A DNA stretch of 64,000 nucleotides. Source: a virus. Of the stretch, positions 63,804-64,000 are shown in pieces (the first letter of the stretch is position 1; each line of letters opens with the position of its first letter). The DNA is taken from positions 7,688 to 71,687 of IMG/VR virus record IMGVR_UViG_3300022602_002721. The stretch is one strand, 5' to 3'. A model generated the notes under the pieces. That model had not been told where the DNA came from and ran no database searches. It saw only the letters and a program-made list of their open reading frames with translations. A program made the translations under genes and the position numbers.

Positions 63804-64000
63804 TTTTAACATCCTTTATGTTAGTATTTTATTTATCGTTATACGCAACTGCTACCAAATATCCAAACACCGCTGATAGCAGTGATTGTTATACTGACGC
63901 TTTTACAAAACAATTCCCTGCTGTGTTATCCACACAAATATAAGTTACCCACATTGTAGGATGACTACAGAGATAAAATGACGTTCCTCCAACAGCGTTG

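Noticed and set aside
670-63943. Numerous short antisense or alternate-frame ORFs in the track
   Set aside because: They shadow well-supported genes and lack RBS and recognisable motifs.
1-64000. Genome-wide UAG recoding (code 15)
   Set aside because: Coding density is high in code 11, conserved enzymes are uninterrupted, and TAG ends normal-length genes such as groS; read-through of the exonuclease TAG would run out of frame over the next gene.
63830-64000. Partial gene at the right edge
   Set aside because: All three minus-strand frames hit stops within the stretch and no motif is recognisable; cannot be called without flanking sequence.
1-64000. Bacterial chromosome origin
   Set aside because: Host-type genes occur without their usual operon partners (groS without groL, clpX without clpP, lone rpsU) among phage structural genes and T4-type late motifs.

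Overview
Gene-dense, AT-rich 64 kb segment that reads as part of a large T4-related (jumbo, myovirus-like) phage genome. The evidence is NrdA/NrdB/glutaredoxin/ThyX, a PAAR spike protein, a tail-fibre protein, T4-type late promoter motifs (TAAATA) alongside near-consensus sigma70 promoters, and many short hypothetical ORFs. No capsid, terminase or polymerase gene lies in the window. The genes decode in standard code 11. It carries many host-type genes: sugar-nucleotide and glycosyltransferase genes, a fatty-acid desaturase, a PBP7-like peptidase, a curli-type CsgF/CsgG/curlin operon ending in a FecR protein and a CHASE2 adenylate cyclase, ALA synthase plus heme oxygenase plus bilin reductase, ClpS/ClpX/Hsp20/GroES, bS21, Pth2, AhpC/AhpD, NAMPT plus NMNAT-Nudix, and a PlcP/Agt-like pair. 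Several items missed by the ORF track stand out. (1) An amber-suppressor tRNA(CUA) lies about 310 bp upstream of a late gene with an in-frame TAG at codon 3. (2) There is a circularly permuted two-piece tmRNA (tag ANDNVYALAA). (3) There is a lone 23-aa PqqA peptide gene. (4) The same GAUAGAC hairpin sits at the same distance before both NAD-salvage genes. (5) A ROSE-type thermometer precedes hsp20. A proteobacterial host, possibly a betaproteobacterial methylotroph, is inferred but not shown. All product calls come from motif recognition by eye; no database search was run.
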